Shown here in pieces: positions 62,193 through 64,000 of a stretch of DNA of 64,000 nt. Numbering within the stretch: the stretch's first letter is position 1; every line of letters begins with the position of its first letter. Source of the stretch: Bilabrum cf. latius (lineage: Eukaryota). Under the pieces are notes generated by a model that worked only from the letters and a program-made list of their open reading frames with translations, had not been told where the DNA came from and did no database searches. The translations under genes were made by a program, and so were the position numbers. The stretch lies in assembly GCA_965178125.1 (NCBI GenBank), contig OZ237769.1, positions 372,001-436,000 on the forward strand, given 5' to 3'.

Positions 62193-64000
62193 ATGGCCGG
62201 AAGTCCTGGCCGCCCTGCTTCTCTGACGCCCGCACTTATCGTCCCAATATTATAGCAACTTGGGAATGAGAACAAATCAGTTCGTGATAAAGCCGGAGAA
62301 AAGTTGGTGCAGGTGAGCTTTGGTTGACTTTATGTCGCACAGTGTGCGAGAACTGTCCTTGGGGCAGCCCAACTGCTGATATCTTGTATTGATTTAATTG
62401 TGCCTTGCCATGCAGGGAAGAGAAATTCCAGGGTATCTCCCGTCGCTCATTCAGGTCGCCTCCAAGAAAGACATGGATGTTACCGTGCGAACGCAAGCGG
62501 CTATCGCTGTCGGCGAATGCTGCAAAAAATTGTGGGCAGAGACCGACCCGAGATCTATGAAAATTGCGGCTAGCGATCTGGATACCGTTCGACGAAACAT
62601 CATTCCTGCCACGCTCGGAATCAACGAGTTCTAGATTGTGCGCCTGCTCGGCAGCGGCGTCGCTGAAATATTTCTGAACGACTATCAGACGCACCCAGCA
62701 GCCTCAGTCATGCCAGAACAGATCAGAGACGGAATCATGAGCCGAGACTCTACCCGCATCCGGAACAGCACGCTCGTGTGGTTCGACATGTGCAAGCATT
62801 ACTCCACCAAGGGCTACGATGGCCCCGAACGACGCGCCATGCAGGACTTCAAGCGCGGCCCCATGGATCCCACCCGGTCCAAGTTTGACAAGGGCATCGA
62901 GGTCGTGAACCCGGTCCTTCTAAGACTCGCGCAGTCCGCCTACAGCGCCATGTCTCCAGACAGCTGGCTCGTCCTCCGCTACTGCATCAAGGCATTCAGG
63001 CGATCCACGCAAAGCACCGTCTCGGGGCCGTACCTCACGCCGGAAGGATGCAAGGACTGGCTGCAGCTCTGCGTGCGGATCTGCAAGCTGCCCTTGCCCG
63101 AGCCGGGTGAGCCAGGCACCCCTTCGGGCCAGCCCACGGACCCTGCGGCACGGAGGCACTGGCCATTCTGGAAGGCGAAGAAATGGGCACTGCGGACGGG
63201 AGTGCACTTCATGAACCGGTTTGGAAGCGGGCCGGACATCATCCGCTACGATGTGCACAAGGTGAGAGAGAGAGAAAGAGGCAGGGTCTGGGCACTGCTG
63301 GAACAGAACTGCTTCGCTTCCTGCGGCTCACAATCGGCCCCCCCTCGTTTTCGGTCTGTGTCCCACTGCCACCCACTGCTGTCCGCTGAGATCGCATGCC
63401 CTGCGCTTTTCGTCCCTGTCCGATACCGCCACTGCAGGCATTCATGAAACCGGTGGAAAACGTCATCGGGCCTGCTTTTACAGAGAGTGCTTTGGGTCTC
63501 CTTGCAAGGCGAGGCAACGGGAAGTTCCTGCCGGAACGGCTGCAGACGTTCTGCCTCGAGGCCATTCGGCAGGGAACTGCACCGGAGAAGACCTGGAGCA
63601 TGATCAAGCCCGCCCTCCCGATGATCATGACAAAGTTCTTGCCTGTAGCGATCGGGTTCTCGGGCGATGCTGCCGACCTGTGGAAGGAAGACCCGCTCAG
63701 GTACGTCTCCGAGATTGTCAGCGAGGACGCAACCACGCAGATCGACAGGGTGTCTATCGCGGTGACCATCAAGGCGATGCTCCGGATGCGAGGGGGATAC
63801 ATCGCACCCCTCATGCTCAACTGGGTCATCGGCCAGTTCAAGCAGGTCAAGTCCATGCCTTTGGGAGGGCCGCAGGCAGTCCGATTGGTGTCCCTCCTGG
63901 GCTACGTGGACATCCTTGCCGAGTACCTCGTCAAGTACAGGAAGAAGTACGCTGCCGCCACCGAGCCAGTCCTCACGATGGGCATCATGCCGTGCATCAG
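62193..64000 (+). CDS. Importin-7/8-like karyopherin-beta (SAD2/Nmd5/Sxm1 family), 3'-truncated, join(62193..62312,62416..63261,63438..>64000)
   Basis: N-terminal IL(Q)QLGNENKSVRDKAGEKL and IBN_N-like VRTQAAIAV...W; family signatures WPFWKAKKWA...RFGS and TWSMIKP...LWKEDP.RY. Two phase-0 GT-AG introns (62313-62415, 63262-63437). In-frame TAG at 62253 and 62632. Confidence 0.85.

Noticed and set aside
2-64000. TAG as pyrrolysine, programmed readthrough, or A-to-I editing to Trp
   Set aside because: There are too many sites with no shared downstream context, and TAG occurs inside poly-Gln and hydrophilic low-complexity tracts, which fits Gln.

Overview
GC-rich eukaryotic (protist-like) nuclear DNA with short GT-AG introns. 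The supplied ORF track looks shattered because it uses the standard code. On the coding strand nearly every ORF ends in TAG and the next one continues in the same frame. Reading TAG as a sense codon (best fit Gln) collapses the window into about 7 coherent genes, and all six whose ends lie in the window stop at TGA. In order: (1) the 3' end of a gene, possibly a P4-ATPase tail; (2) a small intronless papain-fold (Cys-His-Asp) protein on the minus strand; (3) a P-loop NTPase with a mitochondrial-presequence-like N-terminus; (4) a 3-exon hypothetical protein; (5) a ~12,700-aa HERC-like HECT E3 ligase whose second exon is one 37.4-kb reading frame; (6) a ~4,500-aa PLU-1-repeat/PHD chromatin protein; (7) an importin-7/8-like karyopherin running off the end. 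Main findings: a UAG-only stop-to-Gln nuclear code, the giant HECT gene, and a strongly over-represented, frame- and strand-independent DNA motif CACTCGTCAC(A). Domain calls come from motif recognition by eye, not database searches. No RNA genes, CRISPR arrays or mobile elements were recognised.
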